From Balanoglossus misakiensis (taxonomy: Eukaryota > Animalia > Hemichordata), in assembly GCA_040954595.2 (NCBI GenBank), contig CM082576.2, forward strand, positions 7,319,129-7,383,128: DNA of 64,000 bases, given 5' to 3'. Under the pieces are notes generated by a model that saw nothing but the letters and a program-made list of their open reading frames with translations, had not been told where the DNA came from and ran no database searches. A program made the position numbers and the translations under genes. Positions 25,688-48,213 of the stretch are shown piece by piece (position 1 is the stretch's first letter; every line of letters starts with the position of its first letter).

Positions 25688-28600
25688 TCAAGTTCCCATC
25701 CATGTGTTGCCTTCCATTTTATTCTCTGTGTGGAAGAAAAAACAAATGTCAATCATTAATATTTCATGTATAAAAGACAAAATAATAATTTAAGATGAAG
25801 AAAGGTTTTGCTTCTTGGAAATCGTCATCAAGGTTCAATCGAATGACTGCGAGGGGGAAACTGATATGCAGCAGATACAATGACTATATGGATGATACTG
25901 AGATGAAAACTCGAAACCATAACCACTCATCAGATTATTAAATGGCTGTATACGGTACTACGTGTGAATTATAGTGAAGACTGATTCTTCACACATTCGA
26001 AGACTGCATATTCTTCACACATTCGAATTCTCTTACCAAGTTCATTCAGGAAGGTCACTACTTTAGTCTGCCCCCGTGACTTGGCCATGTATCTGGGTGT
26101 GTGACCCTTATTAGTCTTGGCTGAGGTACTTGCATGGCCCTTCTCTGCCAGCCACTTGACAATATCCAGGTAACCATTAGCTGCCGCATAGTGCAGTGGA
26201 GTCTGGCCTGCAGGAGAAAAATTCAGTTTCAATTTTCTTGTTATTGTTCCATGGTTGTGACTTCATGTGAGGTGGATAATGGTCCCTGACAAGGGCTGTT
26301 GCTATGGTAACTTCTATATCGCTGAATAAAAATGTTCATTTGCTGGAATAATCACCCACATGTCTTGTTAAATTCATTTGTTAATTCCAAAGCTAGAGCT
26401 TTCACTCTGCAAGTGCATGAATGTATACAAAATATGGTCAGAATTAACACAGCTTATTAGCTGGCCCGCAACTGCCATGCGTGGTAAGATAAATATTTTT
26501 TTTGTCGGTTAAGGCCATACCGGAGGATTCAAATGCTAAGCAACAGTTGCCAGGGAGAATTCGCAAAATCAATGAAAATGCAATGTTTTGTTGATTTTCG
26601 TTAAATAGAGTGAATACAGGAACAACAAGTCAAGCAGACATGTTTTCTGTGTCTTCGGCAATACACATTGTACACTATATTTTAGAATATCTGTGTAGAA
26701 CTGCACCATATTTTCTGAAATTTCAGAATTATCCTAAGCACAATTACTGTCTAGAGCCCCTAGCAAGGACTGTCTTTAGTACTACAAGTAGACGTGGAGG
26801 TTATTGATACAACAAATGAACTTAATCACATGTAGAGTATCTCAGAAGCGATAACCGTCAGAAAAAAAACATTCTTATCTTTATTCTCCTCAATGAATAT
26901 ATCATTCAGCCAAAATTTGGCTAGTTTTGTTGAACAGAGAGTTGTGAGTTTTTGATAATCTTCAAATTACCAGAAGCTGAAAATCAATAGAAAAAAACTG
27001 GAACCAACGATTTTGCACACACACCAAAGTGTGTTTGGAAGATTACCATAGCAACCGCCATGTGTCGAATCCTTCCGTACCACCTGAATGACTCTCTGTT
27101 TGCTTTGCTACATCACGAACAGTTGGTCTCTTTAATCGACATTTTAGTACTCTTGCATAAATGCGGAATAACAGTTGGGGTCTGCTGTTGTAAGAATACG
27201 CCATAGGTGTTATAACTGCGTGATAAAAATTGTGTTTGCTGGCTTAGATGTTGAACACAAATGGAAACATTCTCTGATCAACCACCAATTTAAAGGGGCA
27301 AAGTTGATAACTGTTGACATTAATTTGGATATTTTTTATTTTGTGTGAGAATTACGATGCAATACATTACAATGAACTGTGGATAATCTCTAGCTGTACT
27401 CCCACACTTCTCAAAGGCATGTCATATAAATAATTTATATGGCATTATTTTTTGGTACATACCAGAAAGTGTGTCATTGGAGGATTCATATAATACATCT
27501 ACAACATGTGAATTGAGTTATGAGTGAGTCACGGAGTATTTCTCAGTAAGCATTACCACATGAAAGGAAACATAAAGTTCCCAAAACAATGTCACTTTCA
27601 GAGCTGTGTAAATTTAATGTTTTGGCAGTTTATTACTCCCATATATTATGAGACTAAAATAACAAACTAGCACCGACAAACTGAGCAATATTCAAAACAA
27701 TACTGGATGGTTTAGCTGAAAAGGACTGCAATCATTGAGAAGATTGTGAGTTAATAAATCTCTATGAGTCTGTCTGCTGTAGTCTAAAAAAAACGTACTG
27801 GTTGTATTTTGTAGCAGGTATTTTTCTTTGTAAAAGTAATCATAAGTAAAACCTACTTCACAAATTTCATCGCATATATGTAGTACCGGTATTGTGCTCA
27901 TCAACATTCTAGTGGCACAATTAAATCGCCAACTTAATGAACACTGGAGAGATCTAGGTAAGCAATGAATACTTATTACAGCTACACCTGGTGTCTGCAG
28001 CCTCAGAATAGCTTTGACATTTTACGGTGCGAAAGTCGATCAAACGGGAGAGGGGAGACATAAAGTCTGACATTATCCAACACTGTATCAAGTTAATCAT
28101 CCAATCTATTTGCAATTTGATGAAATGGCTGAGAGTGTTATAGTCTGTGGATAAAAGCTCCCTGGCCGTCCCTGTTCGACATACGTGTGTATCACAATCT
28201 TGCAGAGTAATTAACTTGTACCTATGAGACATAGAATGAATGAATTGAGACATCCCTTCAATTGTGGCAAACACGCTTTTCTGATTGTGCATGAGCATTC
28301 TTCCTGAGTGCTCTGAACTAGCTGTCTGAGTTAATTAACTTCGAGAATTATCAACCACACTGACAAAATTTGTGAGGTTTAAATTTTGCTGATTTTAATT
28401 TCATGAAGTAAGAACAGCAACAACATCTACACATTTTCCCAAAAAAACAAATAGTTGGGGATAGTGTGATGTGCAGGATTTTTCAACAAAGACAGCAAAT
28501 CACATAGTACCTCAGGTAAATATGATGTTTTTCATACCTATTAACTGACGGTAATGCACTGGTAAGAGCAACAGTTTTAGGGGCGTCAGTCAATTTTATA

Positions 28601-31600
28601 GTAAAAAGTATGAATACGGTTGTACAGTGCTGACAAAGATTTATACACACTAGACACTGGGACATAGGGAGAGTGTGGTTGCTTTTTATTCAAAATGTAA
28701 CAGATGCAGTATTTTGGAATACAGTACGATTAAAAAAAAAACTTTGGTTGACCTCCCTAAAACACTATTTGCTAAAGTGGACATGCATACATATAACAGA
28801 TGGTGACTGATTTCATAAGCTCCCCTGGTATACAAACAGGAGCTAAAAATCATGGGACTATCCCATGCAATATTTATAAGCACTCAAACAAAGTTTACTT
28901 TACGAGCCTGTTGTGGGGAGTCCTCTAGGTAATTTCATTTTATTGCTCATTAAAAGAGGAATAAAAACACACCTGCAGACATCTGCACAAATAGACATAT
29001 ATCTGTCTGTATAAATTAATGTTTATATTGTCCTCAAATCTACATTTATGGTCATAAAAATCAATTTAGTAAACCTGGTGTTTTAAATGTCACAAATAAC
29101 TACAGCTGTAAAAAGATTAATGTAAAATGCAGTGAGAAATTTTGAGCACACAGTCCATGCATTTGGTGAGAATTATTCAACTGTGACATTATATAAGTTA
29201 TATTTGAACTCATACAGATCAATTTCCCAAATCCACTAGGGCAACTTCGTCATGATAGATACGCAAATATTTTATGAGGTACGACAGGAATACACTGGTA
29301 CATAGGAAACACTGCATTTACGTACTGGTACATACGCATACAATACCGACTAATCCCATAAACTCCTACTGAGAAAATATACCACAAACTTTAAGAGATA
29401 AAAGGCATGGTGAATGTCTAGTAATTGGCTTTATCAATAAAGTAACACACTCATAAGAGCTCGCTTTTAAAAGCGAAATAAATTTGTATTGGCGTGGAAT
29501 TGTCAGTTGTCTCTATCAGTTTCTCGGATACTGATGGGATATTAGGTGTGCCCATGCATTAATTATATCCGTATAGTACTACGTCATGTTACTCTTCTAC
29601 CGTTGAAACTCTCTAACAGCCATGGTAATGGTCCAAATCCATTGTTGTCTATGTGAAAGTTGGATCACTTAATTTAATTTGCACGGTGAGCTTCAGTTTT
29701 CATTCTAAATTTTAGGAGATAGTCATATGTCTGCAGGAATTAACACATGATTTTACACTGGAAAGAACTATTATTTCATGTTAATCAGTTACAGGCTGCA
29801 GCAAAGAACATTTGAAATTCCTTTTGACTGCAAGATGTCAATGACATTCTACGGACAGGAAATGTTATTTTTGTGGGGCAGACAGAACAGCCCATATACG
29901 ATAAATTCCCAGAATTATCCACTTATCATGACAGCCAGACAGTGTATATTTAAAATATGGAGTGCTATTGACAAGATGGTCATCCTTACACAAAATCACT
30001 GCACACTTGAAACTTAATCCAAGTTGAACATGATACAGGCTTGAGAGAAATGTCAAGAGAAGATTACTGGTAGATTCTGCCATCAAATCCCATATTGCCA
30101 TGGCAACCGATCATAACAAGACACCAGAGTCTGCTCTGACATTATGGCTTCAGGATATAATATTTTAATGCCTCAACTGTCTCCTCCGTTGCTATGGTAA
30201 CAAGCAATACAGAAAGTGTCGAAATGCAACTCAAGGGATAACTGCATGCAGACAGAGTATACGCCCACATTCATAAATATTATATAAGTGGTAATATAAA
30301 ACTTCTGCACCCCATGAAAACCAGTAAATCTCAAGTCAACACACAACATAAAATGTGATCTTCTTTCAACTTCACTGGTTATACAATTTATACAATGTAG
30401 CTCCAAATAGAGATTTTACAGTACTCTGCAATCAGCATGTCCATATACACATAGAGATGGACAAACTTGATACCAGCAAGCAATACTTGACTAGTTAACA
30501 AGGACTGAAAAAGAAATTTTATACAGGGTACACTGACGGTTCACTGTCTTGTTATTTCTTTCACTGATGTTGAGCATTTTCAAATGCTGTGATGACATTT
30601 AATATTTAATGCCTATTTTGGAGAGTCTATGACTTTTGCGCGAGTCCATCAAAATTTTATGGCCAGGCAAGAGATGCTATTTCTGTCTTGAATGCGAAAT
30701 CACCCTCCACATATTATTTAAGAGTTTATCATTGCGCATTCTTTTATTATGATGGTGATGCAGATTTAAATACTCATCTGAAGTAAAGGGGTCAGCTGAG
30801 ACAAAAGCTGCTAACTTTCATTTAGATTTACGTTATTCCAAATTTTGCAAAGAGTATCATGCAAAGTAAATAAATTCTCTGACCTTCAAAAACAATGTTT
30901 GGCATATACATGCATGATTATCAGTTGATACTTGGCATAGCACAGTATTATCATCACACACAATAACCAATTCAGACATCATTGAGCTGTAAGCTATCGT
31001 ATATGGACTCTCTCCAGAGTACAAGGTGCAACGAATAAAAGGAGTTGAGTTGAGATCTGCGTGCAGATGGCTTTCCCCACTTCATTTCCTTTTACCCATG
31101 CCACTCTTTTAAACAGTACAGTACTTCGACATGAATTATCTATCACTGTGTTTTCTGTACGTGTACAGTCATTCTGATAAAAATCGGCCGTTCACACGGG
31201 CACGCTTTCGAGAGTTCGCCTTTCACGATGAAGTGTGCTTGTATCATCTTCGATCTCTCGCGAGCCTCATGCTACATCGGGACACTTATCTGCACTGACA
31301 CCATATACAGGATCTTGTTCATCATTTGAACAATCACGCAGACAGCATATAACATAGAAAGTAGCAAGTGAGAATACATGTATACAAGAATGGATATTGA
31401 AAGTAGTTGTGATTAGCCGGCACTGATTCAATAGTTATAATAGGTATGCCGCCCTGGCAAATATACATTTATAATACATAATTAGCTCGATCCACATCTC
31501 TGGTTGGCAAGGAAATATAATTATTAATTGGCATAACTCTGAATTATTATAACCAAAATATCCAATCATGCATCACCGGTAATAATGCCTAACATAAATA

Positions 31601-34600
31601 TTTTACAAAGCTGTAACATTTTCCTCCCTTCTGTACGTGGTTTTCACAACCGAGACTGAATTTATTTGCACTTACCAGTGAGATCTGTTGTGTTGACCTG
31701 CGCCCCCCTCTCTACAAGCAACTGCACACATCTTAAGGCACCATTCATTGCGGCTTTATGTATCAGTGTCAGTCCGAATTGATCTCTGCTGTTGGGATCC
31801 TGAAAAAATAAAACAACAATCACTTGTGTGGGCCAACATGCATACTTTTCTAAAATATGTTGCATACAATTCTTCGTTTATTCATAAAACAAAATAGCTT
31901 TCAAGAAATCCTGATGATTAACCCTTTCACCACCATGGTTTGGTCCAAATCCATTAATTGTTTTATGTGGTAAAGTTGGATGTCTGTACAACTCGATCGG
32001 AACTGGGGGTGAAAGGGTTAAAAATCTTTGGGCATCTCAACTAGAAAATCCTCAAAGCCTGTTGTAGTTAGATACTAATGAAACAAATTTTCAATCATAT
32101 CAAGAGATGGAAAGGACGGCATTTTCAGTGGTGTATGCTCTCTCCTCTGCTAAGAATCTTTATTCGTTTCCCATTCGACATCAATTTACTCCAAATTACT
32201 GTGAAATGGCTAGTGAAATTTGAGCTATCATGCTTTAATATCCAGTCATTGCTTCTGTAATCAGACACCATGTGAAATCAAGCGATAAACTACCAGTATT
32301 GCATGTTGGGTTTATTACATTTTAAAAACATGGAATACTTGCATAAAAGTCTCTCTATGTACAAAATAATGATAATTCATAACTTCAGAAGTGTTAAAAA
32401 TTTACCGCTTTTGCTGTACCTCACCAAAAAATTGTCCCAAAGGGACAGTACTGATTAAAACCCAAAACACTATAACAGCTGTTTCACTGAGAACATTTCA
32501 AAAAGGCATTTTAAAAGATACCATATGAGACATGCAATGTAACTAATATTTTATGAGTTTTGCTATGTCGAGAAATGTGAAATTTCTGTATCTCTTTAAT
32601 GTTTAATGCATGCTTCTGTAGATAACGTGCCGTTACTATCTGTGACAGTCTTATTACCATGGACAATGAAAGAACTAGGACCTCTTATCAACAGATAAAA
32701 TATACTCACACCAAAACCTAGTCCCAAAAGGATCGACACAAATGTTGAACAAAATCCAAAAACACATGTGGCAGTTTCACTGAGAATGCTTCAAAAAAGC
32801 TTAAAAGATTGCATGAGATGTACAACTAATATTTTATGAGGTTTGAGAAATCAGATTCGTATGTGAAATTTCTACATATCTTTAATGCTCAAGGCAAATT
32901 TACCGGATATGTCCTTATCAAAAATAAAAACAGAAAACTGAGATGACCAAACATGTACATTGACATTTAGTGGTGATCACATTTTAAATTTAAACTTTAT
33001 ACAGATACAATTTTGTGTGTACTTACCAGTCCAGTATCAAGGTTGGTTTTGAGTTCCCTCAGCTCCCCTGTGAAGGCTTAAAGGAATAGAGAGAATGGTT
33101 CAACTGTGATTTATCAAAATGAAAAAAGGGTGCAGTTGCTCTACAATTTTGGTTCGTTTTGAAGTGTGTTAACGGAAATTAACACCCATTTTTTAGCTTT
33201 TCAACACAGTCACATGTACACAGTAGGAATCATTTTTCACACAGTACAATAGGCTTTGCTCTTTTTTTCAAAAAGTTTAGTCGAAACCCAAGCGCAATTA
33301 CCAACAATAATGCTGTGCAATTATACTAGTAATAGTACGTTGACAAAGTCCTAGACACAGGATATTACGACATGCTTCAGGGAGTACCATTACAAGATAA
33401 TTGCAAGGCAGCGGGTATAAAGAAAAACATCTGAAGAAAAAAAACATTAATAGCTACTGTCTCTTTTAATGCGAACAACCCCACATGTAGAGCCAAGTTC
33501 AGTCTAAATAACTGACATTCCCTGCAATTATTTTACTAATGCACTCCAAGAATATATAGCTGACATAGATAATAGTAAATGTAATATAGGATAGAAGTAG
33601 GTTAGAAGGATCCCCCTTTCAGGAGAACCTGCTGATCAAATCCACACTAGCACATCAAAGACTGTTGTATCTGACAATGTACCAGGAGTTACATAGCTGT
33701 CGCCCACGCTGATTGATGTGTATAGAACGCTGAACAAGATCGCTTCCTACAAAATCATCTTGCCACAATGCAAGTTCAATCTCTTGGTAGGTTGTCATGA
33801 CAACAGCACAATGTTGGAAATGTCAGGTTTCTCTCGCTAGCAATTAATGGCTGTCGTCTGTTTTTCTTTTCAATGTTTCAACTCTTTCATAAGCAGGATT
33901 CTATATCTTCCTTGATTTGGTTTGGCCAATCTTGTTTTGTATGAGTTTGTTGCTCTCGATCAAATCAAGACAGCAATGAAATTTAATTCAAAATTATACT
34001 GATATGAAAACACTTTATCAAATCAGACTCATGCTTGCGATCTTATTTCACAAGCAACACAGACCTAGTTCTTGTTTGTCCATTTTCACAGCAGATTTAC
34101 ACACATTAATTAGCATCAATTCACTAGCAAGAACTTCAGTCATTTGTATAACAGTCCATGAACACCCCAAGTTTCATTCAACTACGTCTAACAATTCTTT
34201 CTGTTTAATTTCTCAAAAAGCTTTTTATAGTCTTGAATCACCTTTTCTTGGAAATGTTCTAACACACAGTAAAACGTGCAAATAACACACTGAAAACTGT
34301 TTTCAACAACAAAAAATCATGCATGATTTTTTTTCTGATATGAACAGACTAGCAATCAGAGCCAATGAGATGAGATGAGATGAAACTAATGATGGCATTG
34401 TAAATATAATCTGGTGTATTTAGTCTCATTAGTTGTGCTAATAAGAGGATATGATGTGTTGACTCTATGCAGTAGAATGAGTTGATCTTGAAATGTCAAC
34501 AGGACACATCTGTCAAATCTCTATAATCCCTCCATTATGAAAATGCTAAAAAAATTGCACTAAAAAAAGCTTCAGACTTCTGTCATGCAATCCCCCTAAG

Positions 34601-37600
34601 CATGATAATGACACCATCTGCAATACTTTCCTTTCATTAAACCAACTACCTGTTGCTAATTAAACTGATTCATTGCAACGTACAGTACCTTATAATGGAG
34701 AAAATAAGAACATTTGTTTAATAAACAAGTCAAATATGTCAAAATAGTGCTAATTTCTTGTTGTACTATTGTCAAACTGAAGTGCACTATCCCCCTCCCC
34801 CCAAAAAACAACAACAACAACAACAACCCACATCCCACCACCAACAACAACAAAGTGTGATTGACTGTTTGATCCATCCGGAAATGCAGCACACGACATG
34901 AATGCTTAGTTTTTGCCGTCAGATCAAGGGCATTCCTTTTGAGGCAAACTGCATGAATACTCCGCTTGCCTGGAGGTATTCCTTTTCATACTTAACTCTG
35001 ATTGCCTTGCACATTCACAAATCAAAAGCCACACAAACAATATTGCTATGCTTGCACTTCATCTGAAATGGTGCAAACTGGACATGCAGCGCCGCTTTCC
35101 TGGAGTGCCCTCAGGCCCAAGAATGGTGGAATATTAATTATCACACACATATACCTGTAACCACAAACATTTCACTGCAAATCTTTTTTGCCAAAAACAC
35201 TGCTTGGAATTTATTGGTTATGAATTGTGAAACTGCACCCGATGGACCACCGCTCAGCAAAACCAGGATCACAACTAGAATTGCATATTTCATCTATAAA
35301 CAGAATCCTCCATATAAATGGTGAAAGACAAATATCATTTGTTGAAATGTAATAGCAATATGCATTTGTTGGCCAGGGGAATTTTGCAGGAAATTGAAAC
35401 TACATGAGCTGTACAGGGCACCGACATGGAAAATGGCATTTTCATCCATTATTTCAGCACGTTCCCACTAGCTATACACTCCACACTTTGGTAAACTGAT
35501 GCCAATATGCAATTACATGATTACATTAGCATTTCATATCCTGAGTATAGTCAGTGTTGGAAGATGAATATGATATTGTATGATGCAAAAGTGGTATGGT
35601 TTGAAAAAAAAAACTTACTCATGTGGAGCATAAATGTTTATGGCAGAATAGATGTTGATGAAAGCGTTGACAATACTAATTTTATTCAACCACTGAATTT
35701 TACTTCACCAGGCTGATGGATGTGAAGCTTTGAAAACTGCAAAAGTGGCTTTTTCAAGCAATTCTCTCCGTAATCCTGAGGGAGGGGTCAAAGTCAACTG
35801 TCATAGAGTGCGTGAACATCCTTAATAGCACATATGGTGAATGAGATTGATTCCCAGCGATAATTATGACAGATCACATTTGCCTTTTCATTCTCGTTAT
35901 CGCAAGTTCCATTCATATATTGTGTCAATGTTGACAAATCATTATAGCGATCACTGACATTGTATGCCACTGATTAATTTGGTCGTGCATCCATCTAATC
36001 AATCCATCCATTCATTCATCCCGATACTAATATGCCATGTCTGCTGAATGCCGGGGAAGATCAATGAAGCTCCCCACTTCCGTAAACACGGTCACCACAT
36101 ATTAATAACGCGTGTGACGACCAACAATGTCAACAGTGATGATCAATACAACTCTACCACCCTGAAATTAATAGAAGGTGGCTTGATATTTGTAAGTACC
36201 TATAGAAAATCTGGAGTTGCCAGGGCATTCAAAATTACTATATAGACCCAGAGGGACTGTTTGCTGGCAATAACAGAAATCTCACAATAGAAGATGACAA
36301 AATAAGCTTCATTAGGTCTCTTTTAAATTTTTACTTGTATTTCTATGCAGCAATTGAAATTACTTGGCTCAAGAACTCAATATTAAACCACTGGAAGTAT
36401 ACACCACTGCTTCATGTTAGAGTTTTTTTTATCAATTTTTTTCCCTGAGATGGTTTTCAATACTAATATTTGTTCAAATCAATACCAGTTAATTAGCTTA
36501 GATCCGGGTCCGGTAGGTCTCATGCTATTAATAGCAAATATTTCATATGCCGCATAAGTCATTTCTGCATGTGATTTTTTCTGCAAACACTATTTTCAAT
36601 CTTTGTGAAGTTTACACACTCACTTGGGGCCATCAGAGATTGCCACAGAGGTTCAACAAATGATCAAAACCGCCTGCCTTCCCCCCCCCCCCCCTCCCCA
36701 AACACAACTTTAAAGTGAGAAGTGTGGATGCGGCCACAGGCTAAACTTTTTCAATTTGCCATAACATTTGATAATATGCCCATGGCAGCATGAAGTAATC
36801 AGTGTAACCATGGCGAGTCATTTTTAGCACCAACATACAATCGATAAACAAAATAGGAAAATCTATCGTGACATTCAACATAGAAAAGTGTTATTTTATC
36901 TTTTTTCTCCTTTTTGGATATCTTATGTGTCCTTGGTCTTTTTGGACGTGTGAAGTTTGTACTTCACTGAAGCACTGATAAAACATCTAAGCATCTGTAC
37001 AAACCTCTCATAGTCATTACATTATAGTATTTGTTGAACATTAACCTTAGTGTCAGTTTATAACATGGAACAGTCATGAAGCTTAAAATTAAAAAAAAAT
37101 CAATCACATTTAATTCTGTGATATCCAACTGGAGATCATGAATGAGATCACAGAAAAGAAAGCTTAATTCTGTTGATACACAAGGCTTATAGTCAAAAGC
37201 AGCTCTGATTATCGGTCTAACTCTGGTGAGTATACAGGGATCAATGTTTGATCTTGCAGATGAGAAGCAGCATTGTTTACAGTTTGGTTACTTCTCTTAG
37301 GCATCACCATGTCATTCCCTGATGTCAGCATTTCAAATGGATTTCAGCAAGGGGACCTAGATGCTTGAGTGGATTGAATATCTCAGCCAGGTTGTAGCTG
37401 ATAATTTGTGTGGCACCCAATGGCAAATACGACTGAACTGTCCGGGTGACTGCTCGTCACGCGGGACACCCATCTAATACTTAGTACATGTATCAGTCAG
37501 CAAGCATGCAAGTATAGATGGATTATCACATCTGTGTCTATTCTGTTGAATCTGCAACGCAAAAGGAATTTAGTCATAAATCTTCCCAGGCAAGAATGGT

Positions 37601-38378
37601 GGTACCGTCAACAGATCACTTTGCCATATCAAAATGACAAGAATTATTGCAAAAGTGGTTAGACCATCTCAAATCTATAATTTTTGTAAACTTGAAAGTC
37701 AAAATAACTGAAAAATAAAAAATAAACGCTGGAGAAAAACACACAAGAGAAAAAAATAATATTGTATAAACAGGGGTGAGAGCAAATCCACTATAAACCC
37801 AAGCTCGTTATTGCCATCATTATAACCAGTTTGTGCTCTGATTTGCCTGATAAACTCCAATTTGAAAATGTTTTAGTTGAGGTATATTCTCAACATAGTC
37901 GGTGTAATAGTATCGCCAAATCAAGCAAAAACAGGAGGTTCCTAAGATACTGAAGTTCACTTTTTTTTCCTATCGGTTACTAAGGTCTCTTTACCGTGCG
38001 CAACTTAATGCTTATCTTATCAATCTGAATCAACAGCGAGCTTACGGCTCCTGGCAATAATGACTGCAGTAAGTTGAAAGGTTTCGATAACCTACTAAAA
38101 TGAAATGCACAAGTTGCTTCAGTTTATCAGTTTTAATATCGTTAAAACGTTTTTTTAATGCCCTTTCCCCTTTCTTTAGAAGAAAACCGTTTATATTTGG
38201 CAAAATGCCACTACATCCGCACCAATGTGTGATGATCAGTGAAAGTGATTTACCTCAGAGAGTTAATAGACTGACGATCATCATTTGGGAGTTTTGCAAT
38301 TAATTCAAGCAGGTGAGAGATTTTTGGAAAAAAACAAATAATAATACCTGCTTCGTGCGGAGAAAGACGGGAAGGCAT
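25688..38378 (-). CDS. Small ankyrin-repeat protein (137 aa, about 4 repeats, 5 coding exons)
   Basis: Exons 38378-38348, 33076-33027, 31799-31676, 26207-26037 and 25725-25688 total 414 nt in frame: MPSRLSPHEAAFTGELRELKTNLDTGLDPNSRDQFGLTLIHKAAMNG...GQTPLHYAAANGYLDIVKWLAEKG...GHTPRYMAKSRGQTKVVTFLNELENKMEGNTWMGT*. The first and last exons are less certain than the middle ones. Confidence 0.8.
29606..29670. mobile_element. Decayed fragment of the same TTAA MITE family
   Basis: CCATGGT..TGGTCCAAATCCATTGTT..TATG..AAAGTTGGA matches the MITE interior. TIRs are eroded. Confidence 0.55.
31918..32021. mobile_element. piggyBac-type MITE, copy 2 (opposite orientation)
   Basis: Perfect TTAACCCTTTCACC ... 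GGTGAAAGGGTTAA ends, with TTAA target sites on both sides. Confidence 0.85.
32420..32930. repeat. Degenerate local tandem duplication (period about 290 bp) in an intron
   Basis: Blocks GTTTCACTGAGAA, TTCAAAAA, AACTAATATTTTATGAG, ATGTGAAATTTCT, TCTTTAATG and CTTATCAA each occur twice in the same order. Confidence 0.7.
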
Positions 38379-39166
38379 CACAACTGACGATGGTAGCGCA
38401 GTAGACGAGGGGTTCTTCGACCGTCTCCGCCTCTGCTCAAAATGTGAGGATAGCAGTTTGAGTTTTTGAAGTGACACTGCAGAACATAAACGGCCTGTTG
38501 GTCGTCGCTGTGATGATGTAGGTGCTCCGACGGGCTAGCTGTAACCATCTCATTCAAAAGTGTCGTGTGATCGTCTCTTGACTTCCCTACTGATGATGAC
38601 GCCCTTCCCTCATTCGTAAACGGAAACCTAGATGAGTGACAGCGATGATTCTCCTCCGAAGAACATCACACATCCTACGCATTTGCATCCAATCACATCC
38701 CGTGCGATGATGAGGCAGAGCGTAACACGGGAGTCAGAAGACCGTACCATTATGCGCGAGGGGAGGTGATATTTGAATCTTTGAATCGAGTACATTTCAA
38801 ACATTTAGCATGTTTTGAATCAATTCTACCCCAATTAGAGGGGTATATCGTTCAAAAGCAACCTTTTCAGAAATCTGTTGCCGCTGTTGACTACAGTGAA
38901 TCGCCTTTCTTTAATTACCATAACCATAATCGCAGGTCACTGCAATCGAGGGCGTACAAGATGATCCCGAGGACTACTTCTTGTAGTACCGTGACCAGTT
39001 ACCCAGAAAATGGGTTTGGATATATTAAATTCTGTTAACCCTGATGATTTTTTTTTTGCACGAAGCGAACTTTGCCGGGAATCAACTTTGACATCTGCAT
39101 TGCAAATTTGTAAGTGTATTATTTTTTGCACCAGGAATAGTGCGGTAGAATGAGGTAGAATATTTA

Positions 39167-39335
39167 TATGCACTATATAGCGCACCATCCAGTAGAATGA
39201 CGTCCGTAACTATGCACTATATAGCGCACCATCCAGTAGAATGACGTCCGTAACTATGCACTATACAGTGCACACTCCAGTAGAATGAGGTCCGTAACTA
39301 TGCACTATATAGCGCACCATCCAGTAGAATGAGGT
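39167..39335. repeat. 44-bp minisatellite, about 3.8 copies
   Basis: Unit TATGCACTATATAGCGCACCATCCAGTAGAATGACGTCCGTAAC starts at 39167, 39211, 39255 and 39299. Confidence 0.95.
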
Positions 39336-39613
39336 AAAAACGCCTCATACATCTGTTTGGAGAACTATCACTTTTTCTGGCAACAAAAAGTAGCCCAGGC
39401 TAGCAGGTAAGACCATTGAAAACAAAAGAGGCTTTTGTAACTTGCCAGATGAGGCGCCATTTAAGGGGTGAAGTTCCCTGATCTAAATGAACAGGACAAC
39501 ATCGGGGGTGTAGGGTTACAACTTGAGCCATCGGATATTGTTCTTTGAGCTATACAATAACGAATTAAACGATAACAATGCTCAAAAAGCGTGAATGGGA
39601 TCGACCTGTGAAC

Positions 39614-43703
<4,090 letters not shown>

Positions 43704-44087
43704 TTCCCTGATATGCGATATGGATTTTCATGTCGGGATGAAAGAAAAAAAAACTTCATGTACATGCCTTGTCCATACGTGAAGGTCAAATGTTTATCCC
43801 ATTTTCCTGTCAAAATGTATTAAATTGTTTATGATATTTTGTGTATATGTTTTATGTGTAGTTTTCTCAGTCTACAGCCATATCCCTTTTACTGTCTTCG
43901 AAGATCAATTGTTGCTTGTAGTAGCGTTACATTACGCGTGGATCGATCTTAGCCTGATTAAAAACGACAGGTGCTTTGCTGTTAGCCAGGTGAGGCGCAG
44001 TCTGCGGGAGTTCGCTGACTGAACCTGGGGTTAAAGGTTAAAGCTTATTGTTTGATGGCAAAAAAGGTGGTCAGCGAAAGTGTAAAA

Positions 44088-48213
<4,126 letters not shown>

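Noticed and set aside
39167-39335. Regularly spaced repeats resembling a CRISPR array
   Set aside because: Units are contiguous with no unique spacers, the context is eukaryotic and there are no cas genes.
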